Assembly (NCBI GenBank): GCA_031362565.1
Contig: JANLSU010000108.1
Coordinates: 1 to 32,250 of the forward strand
Reading direction: 5' to 3'
Length of the DNA stretch: 32,250 nucleotides
Origin: a bacterium
GTDB lineage: Bacteria > Krumholzibacteriota > Krumholzibacteriia > G020349025
Below, in pieces: positions 1-9,481 of this stretch. Each line of letters opens with the position of its first letter. Position 1 is the first letter of the stretch. A program made the translations under genes and the position numbers. Below the pieces are notes generated by a model that made no database searches, was not told the origin of the DNA, and worked only from the letters and a program-made list of their open reading frames with translations.

Positions 1-351
1 GCGATGGGCATGGTCGCCGCCGGGCTGACCAAAAATTTCAACCTGATCGTCGCGCTGCCCTACGTTTGGACAAAAGCCTCGCTCGGCACGCTGGCCGGGC
101 AAAAAGGCATCCAAGATTTTGGCGTTTGGGCAAAATACCGCGCCTTTTCCAAAAATTTGGGCAAAGGGAAATTCAACGTTTTTGGCGAGGCGGGTTTTTC
201 CACGCCGCTTTCCGATTACAATTTTGACCTGCTGCCGCTTTCGATCGGGGCGGGCGCCTCCACCGCTTCGCTGCGCGGCATTTTGAACTACCGGCTTGAC
301 GCCGGGCCGTATCTGACCGCAAATTGGGGCTATACTTTTCGCGGCGACGTC
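1..351 (+). CDS. Partial gene fragment resembling a Bacteroidota-type outer-membrane 'transporter'/beta-barrel protein, open at the window start and interrupted at about 350
   Basis: Amphipathic strands (LIVALPYVWTKAS, GFSTPLSDY, LLPLSIGAG, YLTANWGYTFR). All 7 Lys codons are AAA and there are many A/T runs, unlike the rest of the window. Confidence 0.5.
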
Positions 352-552
352 GAACTGGTCGCGGCGCGGTATCCCAACGCGGTCTTCGTCGCCGGACAGG
401 TCGTTTTCCAGCGGCCGAGCGTCACGACCCGGCTCCTGCACAACGAGATCGCCTTTTCCCTCCAGCGCCGCCTGCTGCCGCGCGGCTTGAACATGATCAT
501 CGTGCCGGTGCGATTGCCGCACGAAGTGTGGCCCTCCAACTCACCGGAGTGA
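352..552 (+). CDS. C-terminal fragment resembling the cytoplasmic tail of an APC-family amino acid permease, fused in frame to the preceding fragment
   Basis: YPNAVFVAGQVVF...TRLLHNEIAFSLQRRL...MIIVPVRL resembles the LLHNxxAFxxQRRL tail I recall from long APC permeases. Stop TGA at 550-552. Confidence 0.55.
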   Translation, partial: ELVAARYPNAVFVAGQVVFQRPSVTTRLLHNEIAFSLQRRLLPRGLNMIIVPVRLPHEVWPSNSPE

Positions 553-699
553 AATTCCAACGCGGGCCGGCACAATCAAGCTTCCGAGAACGCTCTCACA
601 ATAGACGATGGGTTTTGACGCCGCAAGTCGCATGGAGACCATTCCCCCCTGAACGTGTACAGTTCGCTGGCACGCTTCGACCTTCGGGGGGCACGATCG

Positions 700-1401
700 A
701 TGTTCGTCGGACACCTGGCCGTCAGCCTCGCAGCCAAGGCGCGGGCACCGCGCACCTCGCTGGGCGTCTTCGTAGCGGCGGCCATCGGGCTCGACCTGAT
801 CTGGCCGTTCTTTCTCCTGCTCGGCATCGAGCACGTGCACGCCGAGCCGGGGAACACGAAGTTCACGCCGCTCGCCTTCGATTCGTACCCGTGGTCGCAC
901 AGCCTGCTCTTGGCGATTGTCTGGGGGCTGGTCGGCGCCTTCTTGGTTCGGCTCCGGAATCGCAACGATGTTCGCACCCAAGGCCTCGTGTTCCTGCTCG
1001 TCGTCAGCCATTGGGTGCTGGATTTCGCATCGCACCGGCCCGACATGCCGCTTTGGCCGGGCGCATCCCCGCACTTGGGCCTCGGCCTGTGGAACTCGAT
1101 TCCAGGCACCTTCATCGTCGAAGGCCTGATGTTCGCGCTTGGCCTGTTTCTCTACCTTCGTACGACGACGGCCCTCGATCTCCTGGGTTCGATCGTGTTT
1201 TGGGCCTGGGTGGCACTCTCGACGTTCATGTGGGCCAGTCAGCCGTGGTCGAAGCCGCCCGCGAGCCAACATTCGCTGGCGCTCTTCAGCCTCGGCGCGT
1301 GGTTGCTGCCCGTGTGGGCCTGGTGGGCCGATTCGCATCGCGTCTGGCGCCGGGATCGAGTCGCACAAGTGATGAACAAGTTGCATCGGACGAGCGGCTG
1401 A
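700..1401 (+). CDS. Membrane-bound metal-dependent hydrolase (YdjM/DUF457-like)
   Basis: MFVGH start, GLDLIWP, YPWSHSL and SHWVLDFASHRPDMP His/Asp motifs, several TM helices. ATG at 700 preferred over 655. Confidence 0.8.
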   Translation: MFVGHLAVSLAAKARAPRTSLGVFVAAAIGLDLIWPFFLLLGIEHVHAEPGNTKFTPLAFDSYPWSHSLLLAIVWGLVGAFLVRLRNRNDVRTQGLVFLLVVSHWVLDFASHRPDMPLWPGASPHLGLGLWNSIPGTFIVEGLMFALGLFLYLRTTTALDLLGSIVFWAWVALSTFMWASQPWSKPPASQHSLALFSLGAWLLPVWAWWADSHRVWRRDRVAQVMNKLHRTSG

Positions 1402-1455
1402 ATGTGGCGTGCGGCGCCACGCCGCGCGGCGCACAAGTACTAGGGACGGCGAGTG

Positions 1456-1905
1456 ATGGCGGTCCTCATCGTGCTGGGTGTCGTGCTTGGGCTCGCGCGG
1501 CTTGCGGGAGCGGCGGGAATCGCGGCGCTCGACTCCTGGCCGGCGGCCACACGCGCGGGGCTCGCCGGGATGCTTCTGTTTACAGCCAGCGCTCACTTCA
1601 CTTCGATACGCCACGACTTGGCGCGGATGGTGCCGCCCGCGATTCGGAAGCCGATGTTTGCGGTCTATTTCACCGGTGTGTGCGAGGCGCTTGGGGCGAT
1701 CGGCCTTCTTGTTGCAAGAACGCGGGGGATGGCCGCCGTTGCTCTCATCGTCTTCTTCATCGCGGTCTTGCCGGCGAATATTCATGCTGCAAGAACGGCG
1801 GCGACGCTTCGAGGCAAGCCCGCGACGCCTCTCACGCTTCGCATCCCGATGCAGGTGCTTTTCATCGCCATGACCGCGTGGGCCGGGCTCTTCGCGGCCG
1901 CTTGA
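1456..1905 (+). CDS. DoxX-family membrane protein
   Basis: TASAHF...MVPP...VYFTGVCEALGAIGLL...VLPANIHAA...LRIPMQ pattern with 4-5 TM helices. Confidence 0.8.
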   Translation: MAVLIVLGVVLGLARLAGAAGIAALDSWPAATRAGLAGMLLFTASAHFTSIRHDLARMVPPAIRKPMFAVYFTGVCEALGAIGLLVARTRGMAAVALIVFFIAVLPANIHAARTAATLRGKPATPLTLRIPMQVLFIAMTAWAGLFAAA

Positions 1906-1943
1906 GGGCCCTTCGCTTGCCGTTCGATGTGAGGAGGAATTTC

Positions 1944-2840
1944 TTGGCCGAGCCCAGCCGCGAATTCGGCACTCCGGTCGCCGGCGCGACGTATCAATTC
2001 CGCCCCGGCGGCTACGCCATCGTGCGTCGGGATGATGGCAAGCTGGCCGCCGTCGTCACGCCGGTCGGCGTTTTCCTTCCGGGCGGTGGCCTGGAAGACG
2101 GCGAGACGTTGGAAGAAGCCACGGTTCGGGAGGTCGACGAGGAATCCGGTTTGCGCGTTCGGATTGTGGCGGCAGTTGGAGTCGCGGACGAACTCGTCTT
2201 CGTACCCGACGACGACGTGTATTACCGGAAGCGCTGCACGTTCTTCGTGGCCGAGGTTGTCGGGCAGGGCACTGCGAGCGAAGCGGATCACGAGCTGGTG
2301 TGGTTCACGGCCGACGAAGCCGCCGCGAAACTCAGCTACGCGAGCCAACGCTGGGCGCTCCGCCAAGCGCGCGGCTTGACCGACATCGCGCTCGTGCCGA
2401 TCGATCACGACGGCACGCCACGTTCAGATGTCGGTGTGCTTCCGGAAGAGGTTACGGAAGTCTTGCAAATGACGGCCGCTCTTTATGAACGCGCCGGGTT
2501 CGAAGCCCCGTGGATTTGCTACCTCGCGCTCTCGAAGTCGACCTTGATTGGGACGTGCGGATTTACGTCATCGCCAATCGATGGGCGTGTCGAGATTGCC
2601 TACTACACGTTCCCGGATTTCGAAGGGCGCGGCCACGCGACCGCCATGGCGTCGCGACTTATCGCAATCGCCGAACAACAGCCGGCATCAGTCGTCGTCA
2701 CCGCACACACGCTTCCCGTGCGCAATGCGTCGCACCGCATCCTCGAGAAGCTCGACTTCCATCACGTCGCAACCCTCGAACATCCGGAAGACGGCGTCAT
2801 CTGGGAATGGGAGTTGGCGGTGGATTCGACCAGGCGGTGA
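1944..2840 (+). CDS. NUDIX hydrolase fused to a RimJ/RimL-type GNAT N-acetyltransferase
   Basis: Nudix box GGGLEDGETLEEATVREVDEESGL. GNAT motifs VEIAYYTFPDFEGRGHAT and NASHRILEKLDF. GAGGAGG RBS at 1931-1937 precedes a TTG at 1944. Confidence 0.85.
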   Translation: MAEPSREFGTPVAGATYQFRPGGYAIVRRDDGKLAAVVTPVGVFLPGGGLEDGETLEEATVREVDEESGLRVRIVAAVGVADELVFVPDDDVYYRKRCTFFVAEVVGQGTASEADHELVWFTADEAAAKLSYASQRWALRQARGLTDIALVPIDHDGTPRSDVGVLPEEVTEVLQMTAALYERAGFEAPWICYLALSKSTLIGTCGFTSSPIDGRVEIAYYTFPDFEGRGHATAMASRLIAIAEQQPASVVVTAHTLPVRNASHRILEKLDFHHVATLEHPEDGVIWEWELAVDSTRR

Positions 2841-2870
2841 ACTTGTGCATTTGGCAAATCGGGAGTCCAC

Positions 2871-2911
2871 TCCCGAAAAGTCGTGACTTTTTGGGATTGC
2901 GATCCCTTTTT
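2871..2911. terminator. Overlapping hairpins between convergent genes, probable terminator region
   Basis: TCCCGAAAAGTC/GACTTTTTGGGA stem (2871-2896), and GGGAT-TGCG-ATCCC followed by TTTTT (2893-2911). Confidence 0.45.
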
Positions 2912-2933
2912 GTCGGGGTCCCGCCCCCGCCCG

Positions 2934-4667
2934 TCAGTGCCCGGCCCGCTCCAGATACCGCTCCACCTCGACCGGGTGCCGCAGGTTGAGGTCCCAGATG
3001 GCGCGCAGGCGTGCCGGGTCGAGCAGGTTCCCGCGCGTCACGAGCGCCAGCTTGTCGTAGTACGCCGCCAGGTCCGGGTCGCGGATTACGTTGTGACCGG
3101 TCGCGAGGGTCGCGAAGTAGCCCTCGGGGATGCGGCGCACGAAGTGCCCGATGCGCCATTTCCGCATTGCGAGCTTGGGGAAGTAATAGCCGAGCAAGGG
3201 ATCGTGCTCGATTGCCGGGAGGCGCGCCAGAAGCGGATCGGCCAACGCGTGATAGTCGAGCAGATGAATTCCGGGGCCGGCGTAGTAGCCGAAGAAGCCG
3301 ATCGCGCCGCGCACGCCGACCGGGGTCCGAATCTGTGCGCCTGCCTGTTGTGATGCCTCGGGCCAAGGATCCTGCGGGCTCATGACGCCCAGTTGCTTCA
3401 AGATCCCCGCAAATTCATCGGTCCGCCACTCGTTGCGGAGATCCGCTGCAAGCTCCGCCGACTCGGGATCCGGCCACGGCACGTTCGGGACGCGCCGGAA
3501 CCGGGCGCAATAGTCGTAGTACGAGCGCTCGTCGCAAATGCCCCAGGCGTCGATTGCCACCTCCGGCACCGGTTGGCCGTCCGGCTTGTAGATGTTCTGC
3601 ACGCCGCGGAGCGATGACGGCAGCAGAACGCCCGCGAGCACGACGGCCGCGAAGGCGATCCATGCGAGGCGCGGTGCCAGGCGCGCATGCACCAGGATCA
3701 CCACGGCCACGAAGAACGGCGGCGTAAAGAAACGGCCGCTCATGAAGTCGCCGCCAATGGTCACGATATATATCAAGTGCAGCGCGATGCCCGCGGCCGC
3801 CGCGCGCGCCGGCGTCAGCCGCCGCAGGATCGCAACGCCACCCCCCGCCGCCGTCGTCAACAGCGTCAGCGGATCGAGCCGCAGCGAGTTGGCGAAATAG
3901 CGCAGCCCCTGAGACGCGAGTTCTCCGCCGCCGATCCCAGTCCCCAGTTTCGCGTAGGCCGTGTTCGGGAACGGAAATCCGTAATAGAGAAGCGAGAACG
4001 CTTCCCAAAGGATGAACGGCAGGCCGCCCAGAAGCGCCGCCTTCACGGTCGCCCGCCACGGGCTCTGCCATGCGACGAGTGCGAGTGCCGGCAGTACGAG
4101 GAGCCCTGTATCCATGCGATTGCCAACGAGAAGCGCCGCCACCAAGAAAAGCCTGCCGCGCGCCGCCGCTCCAAATCGGAAGTAAAGCCAGAAGAACACC
4201 GCGAGCAGCAGGTGCGTCAGCGGATTCTCGAGCCCCGCCGTCGAATAATCCACGAACGCCTTCGAGAGCGTCAGACAAGCGATCCCGAAACACGCCTGTG
4301 GCAAAGACACCGCCATCCCGCGTGCCAGGACCAGCACTGCAGCAATCGACACCACCAAACCGACGACAATCGCGGTGTAGAAATATTCGCGGCTGAGGTG
4401 GGTCGCAATTGCCAACACAAACATCCAAAGCGGATGCGTGTACGCCTGCACTCGCTCGTCGATGTTCCAACGCAAGCCATTGCCGTGCAAAAAATTGAAG
4501 ATCGTCCGCACCGTGACGTAGGCATCGTCACTCACCCAGCTCGTCCGGAGCGCGATCCAGAAATAGCCGAGGATCAAGGTCACAAGAAGGAGCGGGCGTA
4601 GGACGCGCCCCGCCGGGCCGGCCGGCCCCGTCGACTCTCGATGTAAGACCGAGCCCAGGAGGTCCAA
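2934..4667 (-). CDS. GT-C fold integral membrane glycosyltransferase (AftB-like family)
   Basis: WVSDDAYVTVRT...NGLRWNIDERVQAYTHPLW, GLENPL, PNTAYAK and GGDFMSGRF motifs, with many TM helices. The start is uncertain (TTG at 4667 with AGGA upstream; alternative ATG at 4775). Confidence 0.75.
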   Translation of the reverse strand: MDLLGSVLHRESTGPAGPAGRVLRPLLLVTLILGYFWIALRTSWVSDDAYVTVRTIFNFLHGNGLRWNIDERVQAYTHPLWMFVLAIATHLSREYFYTAIVVGLVVSIAAVLVLARGMAVSLPQACFGIACLTLSKAFVDYSTAGLENPLTHLLLAVFFWLYFRFGAAARGRLFLVAALLVGNRMDTGLLVLPALALVAWQSPWRATVKAALLGGLPFILWEAFSLLYYGFPFPNTAYAKLGTGIGGGELASQGLRYFANSLRLDPLTLLTTAAGGGVAILRRLTPARAAAAGIALHLIYIVTIGGDFMSGRFFTPPFFVAVVILVHARLAPRLAWIAFAAVVLAGVLLPSSLRGVQNIYKPDGQPVPEVAIDAWGICDERSYYDYCARFRRVPNVPWPDPESAELAADLRNEWRTDEFAGILKQLGVMSPQDPWPEASQQAGAQIRTPVGVRGAIGFFGYYAGPGIHLLDYHALADPLLARLPAIEHDPLLGYYFPKLAMRKWRIGHFVRRIPEGYFATLATGHNVIRDPDLAAYYDKLALVTRGNLLDPARLRAIWDLNLRHPVEVERYLERAGH

Positions 4668-4773
4668 GTCTTGGTTCCTACGCTGTAAACGCCACGTGTC
4701 GAACCATCGCCGCGCCAAAGAAACCCAGTGTGGCACGCGCCCTCGGAAGATGGCAAGAACGCAACTCCGCGGC

Positions 4774-5120
4774 ATTCCGCTCCGTTCGTGGTGCGACTCC
4801 CGGCCCACGGGCGCTTCACCTGTGACGCCTTTGTTGGGCCGACGTTCGCGTTCAACATTCTCGCCAAGAGCGAGGTCAAAACCGAATTCGCCCAATTCAC
4901 CGACGACATCGGCACTTTCGTGAAAGCCTTCGATTTGGGGGCTGCGGTCGGCGCCGGCATCGAAATCCAGATGTCGCGGATGTCGGTCACCTTCGACGCG
5001 CGGTTTTCACCGGGACTGACATCGTTCGTGGACCAAGCCGATTTCAAAGTGGACGTGAAGAACCGCGGCTTGGGTTTCATGGCAGGGCTGGTGTTTCCGT
5101 TGGGTCACTCTGCGGACTAG
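4774..5120 (+). pseudogene. 5'-truncated outer-membrane beta-barrel (porin/PorT-like) gene remnant
   Basis: Only the C-terminal half is present: FVGPTFAFNI...FDLGAAVGAGIEI...DARFSPGLT...KNRGLGFMAGLVFPL. No signal peptide or N-terminal strands. Possible frameshift at about 4783 (IPL/FVVRLP). Confidence 0.55.
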
Positions 5121-5371
5121 TGTCGAGGTCGCGTCGGAGGCTGTGACGTGCGTCCACAGGCGCTCATCGTGGTCGTCGCGATTGCAGTCGATGGCACGCC
5201 TCGAAGCGCAAGGCCTGATCGCACCCCGAACAATGCCGCCCAATCGCCGAGGTTGATCATGACCCCCCAACCGGGGTATGGTGGACCGTTCGTCCTTGCC
5301 GCACGAGGCAGCGACGGACGCCGCGACGCCGCGACCCCGCGTTCACGCTGCGACACTCCGGAGACCCCAGA

Positions 5372-8300
5372 ATGCTCGGCCCTTTGCACGGTGCACAGTC
5401 CGCTCAGGCACTGCCTGGCGATCGAAGCGAGCGCGCGGGCTCGCTGCTGCCGCGCTTCGGGCGCAGCCCGGTCACCGACTCGGCGAAGAAGGGCCGCGTT
5501 GCATTCGCCAAAGAGAAGGTCGTCGAGGCGGCGACCACGAGTGATGGCGCGTTCGCGTTCGTGCTCGGGCCGGCGTCGCACGTTCCCGACGCCGTCAAGC
5601 TGGATTGGTCGATTGCGGAAGAAGAAGTGCAGGAGTTCGGCAGCCGCGGCGCGGTGCTCGGGCGATGTACGTGCGCGCGATTTCGGAGCGGCCGCGCCTG
5701 CGAGCACATGTGGGCCGTGGTTTATGCGCTCGACGCCATGGCTCCAGACGCGATCCCCGGCGCCTTTCCTCTCTACCTGGATCCGGATCCCGACTACGAC
5801 GACCCGGAGTTGCAGGCTGCACATGCCGATCATGTTGCCGAGATGCTGCAGCGAGCGACCCGCACCGCCGGCGGGAAGTCCGCGTCGTACAGTTTGAGCG
5901 CCTGGTTCGATCGCATCGAGCGCCGGGCGCGCGCCGGGCGATCGGACGGCCCGCCCGTTGCGCCGCATGGCACGCACCGCGAGCGCCGAGTCTCCTATGT
6001 GATCGACCTCGATCAAACCGTGCGCCGCCAGGAACTCGTTCTCGAGCTGCATGCCGCGCCGCGCCTGAAGGCGGGCGGCTTCGGCAAGGTGACGCCGCTC
6101 CGTCTGGGGCGCGGTGTCATCGAATCGATCGACAACACCGCCGACCGCGAGAACGTTGCGGTTCTGATCGGCATGTACGCGGAATCGGCCGAATCCTACC
6201 TGCTGCAGCCAATGACCATGGGGCATACGCCGGCGCGTTTCGCCTTCAATCCGGCGTACTACGATCTCTTGTTGCCACGCTTGGCGGAGAGCGGGCGGTT
6301 GTTCATCGCGCGCAAGAATGCGCCGGAAGGCGAAGTCGAAGGGCCGCTCGCTTGGGACGCGGGCGCGCCATGGCGCTTCCGGCTGTCTTTGGGGGCGAGC
6401 GTGCAGGCGGCGACTTGGACGCTGGGTGGTGTTCTGTACCGCGACGATGAAGAGCGCCCCGTTACATCGGCGCGCCTTCTCTTGCCCGCGGGACTCATCC
6501 TGTGGGAGGACCGGATCGGTCGTTTCGACCCCGACGGCAGTTACGATTGGATCAATCACACCCGCGAAGCGGGTGGACTCGAGGTCGCCGCCGACGATCG
6601 CGACGAAGTGCTGGGCCGTTTGCTGTCGATGGACGCGGTGCCGCAGGTGCGCGTTCCCGCCGAGTCGGGATGGTCGATGCAGGCCGGCTCGCCGCGCTTG
6701 CGAGTCGAGATCACGACGCCGCATGGGGATCGAGCCGAAGCCGTGCGGGGTGCCCTGTCGATCGACTATGGCGGACTGCTCATCGATCCGCGCAGCCGCG
6801 CCCGTACCGTTGCGGATCCCGACAAGCGGATGTGGCTCGAACGCGACCCGAAGCAGGAGGAAGGCCTGCGCGACGGATTGCCGTTCGATGCGCCGGGCGG
6901 TGCGATTCGGCTCAATTCCTTCGATCCTTGGGAACTGTTGTTGCGGCGTGCGCAACTGCCGGTGGCAATTCGCATGCTGGTCGAAGCCGGATGTGATGTG
7001 GTCACCGACGGCCGGGCGCTGCGCCGCTCGCTGTCCTGGAATTTGGCGGTAACGTCCGGCATCGACTGGTTCGAGTTGGAGGGCCGGGTCGACTTTGGTG
7101 GGGCGTCGGCGTCGATCGCCGAGATTCTCGAATCGCGGCGGCGCGGTGACGCCTTCATTCGACTGGGTGACGGCTCGACCGGCATGTTGTCCGATGAATG
7201 GCTGGAGCGTTTGGAGCGCTTGGCGAAGCTCGGCGAGACGCAGGGCGACGGGGTGCGTTTCAAGACGACGCAAGCCTCGGTCTTGGACGCCATGCTCGGC
7301 GACTCGGAGGTGCGAGTCGATGCCGCATTCGCGCGCGTGCGGGAGCGGTTGCGCAGCTTCGACGGCATCGCGCCGGCTGCTGCGGCCGCCGACTTCCACG
7401 GCGAACTGCGCGAGTATCAATGCTTCGGGCTCGGGTGGTTGAACTTCCTGATGGAGTTCGGATTCGGCGGCTGTCTTGCCGACGACATGGGGCTCGGCAA
7501 GACGGTGCAGGTGCTGGCGCTCTTGCAGGCGCGGCATGCAGGTGGGGCAGCGAAGGCGCCGTCGCTCGTCGTCGTACCGCGATCGCTCTTGCACAACTGG
7601 ATGGACGAGGCAGCGCGCTTCACGCCGCAGCTTCGCTGCCTCGATCTCACCGGCCTCGGCCGCCACGTGCGGCGCCGTGAGATCGCCGATCACGACATCA
7701 TCTTGACGACCTACGGAACGTTGCGCCGCGACGCCGAGTCACTCAGCAAGATCGAGTTCAGCCATGTGATTCTGGACGAGGCGACGGCCATCAAGAACCC
7801 GGCGTCGGTGTCGGCCAAGGCGTGCCGCGTGTTGCGGGCCCAACACCGCTTGGCGTTGACCGGAACGCCGGTCGAGAATCACATCGGCGAATTGTGGTCG
7901 ATCTTCGAGTTCTTGAACCCCGGGATGCTGGGCGCGGCGCGCGTCTTTCAGACCGTGGATGTTTCGGACGCGGATGGCGCCGAGCGAGATACGCTGTTGC
8001 GGGCGCTTCGTCCGTTCATCCTGCGACGCACCAAGGAACAGGTGCTGAGTGATCTGCCGGCGAAAACCGAGCAGACGATTCATTGCGAAATGGATGCCGC
8101 GCAAAAACGCTTCTATGACAAGTTGCGCGATCACTTCCGGTCGACACTGGGCCGGCGCATCGAACACGACGGGCTGGCGAAGTCGAAGATCCACGTGCTG
8201 GAGGCGCTCTTGCGCTTGCGCCAGGCGGCATGCCATCCGGGGCTCGTGGACCCGCGCGAGGCCGAGGCTTCGAGCTGCAAACTGGAGGCACTCGAAGAGC

Positions 8301-8779
8301 AGTTGGGAGAAGTCGTCGAAGGCGGCCACAAGGCGATCGTATTTTCGCAGTTCACGAAATTCTTGGCGCTCGTGCGGACGCGGCTCGATGCGCTCGGCAT
8401 CCCGTACGAATATCTCGATGGGCGAACGCGCGACCGGCGCGCCAAGGTCGTTCGCTTTCAGGAGGACGCGGCATGCCCCGTCTTCCTCATCAGCCTCAAG
8501 GCCGGCGGCCACGGCCTCAACCTGACGGCCGCGGACTATGTGTTCATTCTCGACCCGTGGTGGAACCCGGCCGTCGAAGCGCAGGCGATCGACCGGGCGC
8601 ATCGCATCGGCCAGGCGCGCAACGTCTTCGCATACCGTCTCATTGCCCGCGGCACGGTCGAAGAAAAGATCCTCGAGCTGCAGGCGCAAAAGCGCCACGT
8701 CGCCGACGCCATCTTGAAGGAAGACTCGAGCGTGCTGCGGAGCCTGACCGCGGAGGACTTGCGGCTGCTGCTCGAGTAG
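5372..8779 (+). CDS. SNF2-family helicase/ATPase with an N-terminal SWIM zinc finger
   Basis: CTC...CEH SWIM motif; LADDMGLGKT; ILDEAT; LTGTPVENH; FSQFT; ISLKAGGHGLNLTAAD; DPWWNPAVEAQAIDRAHRIGQ. Confidence 0.93.
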   Translation: MLGPLHGAQSAQALPGDRSERAGSLLPRFGRSPVTDSAKKGRVAFAKEKVVEAATTSDGAFAFVLGPASHVPDAVKLDWSIAEEEVQEFGSRGAVLGRCTCARFRSGRACEHMWAVVYALDAMAPDAIPGAFPLYLDPDPDYDDPELQAAHADHVAEMLQRATRTAGGKSASYSLSAWFDRIERRARAGRSDGPPVAPHGTHRERRVSYVIDLDQTVRRQELVLELHAAPRLKAGGFGKVTPLRLGRGVIESIDNTADRENVAVLIGMYAESAESYLLQPMTMGHTPARFAFNPAYYDLLLPRLAESGRLFIARKNAPEGEVEGPLAWDAGAPWRFRLSLGASVQAATWTLGGVLYRDDEERPVTSARLLLPAGLILWEDRIGRFDPDGSYDWINHTREAGGLEVAADDRDEVLGRLLSMDAVPQVRVPAESGWSMQAGSPRLRVEITTPHGDRAEAVRGALSIDYGGLLIDPRSRARTVADPDKRMWLERDPKQEEGLRDGLPFDAPGGAIRLNSFDPWELLLRRAQLPVAIRMLVEAGCDVVTDGRALRRSLSWNLAVTSGIDWFELEGRVDFGGASASIAEILESRRRGDAFIRLGDGSTGMLSDEWLERLERLAKLGETQGDGVRFKTTQASVLDAMLGDSEVRVDAAFARVRERLRSFDGIAPAAAAADFHGELREYQCFGLGWLNFLMEFGFGGCLADDMGLGKTVQVLALLQARHAGGAAKAPSLVVVPRSLLHNWMDEAARFTPQLRCLDLTGLGRHVRRREIADHDIILTTYGTLRRDAESLSKIEFSHVILDEATAIKNPASVSAKACRVLRAQHRLALTGTPVENHIGELWSIFEFLNPGMLGAARVFQTVDVSDADGAERDTLLRALRPFILRRTKEQVLSDLPAKTEQTIHCEMDAAQKRFYDKLRDHFRSTLGRRIEHDGLAKSKIHVLEALLRLRQAACHPGLVDPREAEASSCKLEALEEQLGEVVEGGHKAIVFSQFTKFLALVRTRLDALGIPYEYLDGRTRDRRAKVVRFQEDAACPVFLISLKAGGHGLNLTAADYVFILDPWWNPAVEAQAIDRAHRIGQARNVFAYRLIARGTVEEKILELQAQKRHVADAILKEDSSVLRSLTAEDLRLLLE

Positions 8780-8896
8780 CGGTTGCCCGAGTGCGCAGAT
8801 GGAAGGCCGGATGGCCGGGCAGCTGGCAACACGCAGTCCGTGTTTCAACGAGGGGCGCTCGCATCCTAGCAAGAATACTGAGCGGCGGACCTGAAG

Positions 8897-9337
8897 CTAC
8901 GGTTTCGCTTTCGGCACCGGCTTGTGCTTGCAAAATAGACGATTCACGACGGCGATATCGTCCTCGCCGAGTTGGTTGACGAGTAATCCGAAGTCGCGCC
9001 GGCCGTTCAACTCGCGTCGCCCGAACGTCGCCTCGAATTTCTTCGACTTGCCGTCGTGGGCGACGGCGGTGCCAGCCAGCACGGCGCCATTCAAGTTGGG
9101 GTCGCGGATGGCCCAATCCTTGGTGCCTTCGTGCAGATTGACCGTGAGCTTGTCGGCGGCACCGACCTGTACGTCCACGACGTATGTCGTGTCGAAGCCG
9201 ACATAGCTGCCGGCATACTCCGTGATGTGGGCCATCGTAACCGTTTGAAACGTCTTGGGCATGAACTTGGGCCGCTTGACTCCCGGCGCCGCACCGAGGA
9301 GCAGTGCCGAGAGCATGATGCATAACAGGTCTCGCAC
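8897..9337 (-). CDS. Hypothetical exported protein (146 aa)
   Basis: AAGGAGG RBS before GTG at 9337; hydrophobic N-terminus LLCIMLSALLLGAA; coding-like composition. Confidence 0.65.
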   Translation of the reverse strand: MRDLLCIMLSALLLGAAPGVKRPKFMPKTFQTVTMAHITEYAGSYVGFDTTYVVDVQVGAADKLTVNLHEGTKDWAIRDPNLNGAVLAGTAVAHDGKSKKFEATFGRRELNGRRDFGLLVNQLGEDDIAVVNRLFCKHKPVPKAKP

Positions 9338-9422
9338 GAGATCGTCCTCCTTGCCTGCCAATCAGCCGCGTCGCAGCGCAAAACGCCCGCCGGGCGCCGC
9401 AGCCATCCTACTCCTCCTCGCC

Positions 9423-9457
9423 TTGTCCGGCTCCCTCCATCGGAGTACACTTATACT
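9423..9457 (+). promoter_or_regulatory. Putative sigma70-type promoter for the choice-of-anchor C gene
   Basis: TTGTCC (9423-9428), 17-nt spacer, TACACT (9446-9451), immediately followed by TATACT (9452-9457). GGAGG RBS at 9471. Confidence 0.45.
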
Positions 9458-9481
9458 GTGCCAAAGGCCCGGAGGTTCCGC

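Noticed and set aside
324..1943. N-terminal ~540 aa of the 838-aa ORF 324..2840
   Set aside because: Arg/Ala-rich shadow frame overlapping three better-supported coding regions. The real gene starts at the RBS-preceded TTG at 1944.
5117..7693. 858-aa minus-strand ORF
   Set aside because: Antisense to the SNF2 helicase, with no motifs; a typical high-GC shadow ORF.
5372..8779. SNF2 helicase as part of an anti-phage system
   Set aside because: SWIM-SNF2 proteins are widespread stand-alone genes, and no methylase, nuclease or other defence partner is adjacent.
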